NCBI GenBank assembly: GCA_964195905.1
Contig: CAXMQV010000128.1
Location: forward strand, 459-64,458
Length of the DNA stretch: 64,000 nt
Reading direction: 5' to 3'
Origin: an uncultured Gammaproteobacteria bacterium
GTDB taxonomy: Bacteria; Actinomycetota; Acidimicrobiia; Spongiisociales; SHLN01
Positions within the stretch are counted from its first letter, which is position 1, and each line of letters starts with the position of its first letter. A program made the position numbers and the translations under genes. Shown piece after piece: positions 63,683 to 64,000 of the stretch. The notes below the pieces were generated by a model. It saw nothing but the letters and a program-made list of their open reading frames with translations. It had not been told where the DNA came from and made no database searches.

Positions 63683-63710
63683 GCTACCCGCTGCCCGTTG
63701 CCCGTTGCCC
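63683..63710. repeat. Heptamer array GCTACCC GCTGCCC (GTTGCCC)x2
   Basis: Read directly. Followed by the 10-bp inverted repeat 63712-21/63738-47. Confidence 0.9.
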
Positions 63711-63851
63711 GCCGAACCACCCCATGGCTCGGGGGTCGGTGGTTCGGCGCCGCACAATTGATCCCGGATGGGAGGGGTTGGCTGGCTGGTAACTAGTTAT
63801 CGCGCCACTGCTCAGTTCCCTTCTCGGGATATTGTGAACCGAACCGAATCC

Positions 63852-64000
63852 ATGGGTATGAGGATGCGTAAGGCGCTCACGATTTCGACATTGGCCATCG
63901 CGGCCGTGCTGCTGGCCGCCCCGGCCGCCCTGGCCGCCGACGATTACAGCGCCGATCCGAACGAGCTCATCAACCACTACGACGACGTCTCCCGCTACAG
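63852..64000 (+). CDS. Secreted protein, N-terminal fragment (runs off the window)
   Basis: Manual translation gives MGMRMRKALTISTLAIAAVLLAAPAALAADDYSADPNELINHYDDVSRY.., a signal peptide with an ALA-A cleavage site. Confidence 0.5.
   Translation, partial: MGMRMRKALTISTLAIAAVLLAAPAALAADDYSADPNELINHYDDVSRY

Noticed and set aside
1-64000. Search for mobile elements, prophage, integrase or transposase genes, or a genomic-island signature.
   Set aside because: I recognised no integrase, transposase, recombinase or phage structural motif. Gene content is housekeeping and the composition looks uniform by eye. The only accessory-type module is a standard VapBC pair (49810-50479).

Overview
The window reads as ordinary chromosome from a high-GC (about two-thirds G+C by eye) Actinobacteria-type organism. 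The pointers are an InhA-like FabI, DUF3097 and AdnAB; an Acidimicrobiia-like lineage is only a guess. I support 57 protein-coding genes, called from the ORF track plus motif recognition by eye. No database search was run. They are mostly housekeeping or transport genes: rpmB, ddl, fabI, dtd, ychF, an M3 peptidase, MFS and ABC exporters, and MscS. I recognised no rRNA, tRNA, CRISPR array, transposase, integrase or prophage gene.

Two DNA-end-processing clusters stand out:
- A Cas4-like nuclease, DUF488 and AdnA/AdnB cluster on the + strand (18.7-26.0 kb).
- A tightly coupled five-gene minus-strand operon, NurA-HerA-SbcD(Mre11)-SbcC(Rad50)-Nudix (36.1-42.9 kb).

The least-explained signal is non-coding:
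- (i) Almost every intergenic spacer carries in-phase tandem arrays of GC-rich heptanucleotides, drawn from a small set of unit families that recur between loci.
- (ii) Two ORF-free tracts flank mscS (16.1-16.7 kb and 17.6-18.6 kb). They share an identical minus-strand architecture: CGCGAAAAC direct repeats, 16 nt, TTGACG, 17 nt, TA(G/C)ATT. Each is followed by RNA-like sequence dense in short hairpins whose loops read UUCG, GCAA or GAAA only on the minus strand. One copy runs into a cytidylate-kinase-like/HTH-DUF2384-like gene pair. The other has no ORF.

I rank this twin promoter and structured-RNA system as the best candidate for something undescribed. All functional readings of it are inference. 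Further oddities are tandem UMF1-type MFS paralogs with a TM-ectodomain-TM insertion, a GDWDGDG-type repeat module shared by two secreted proteins, and an orphan histidine kinase with a long basic N-terminal extension.
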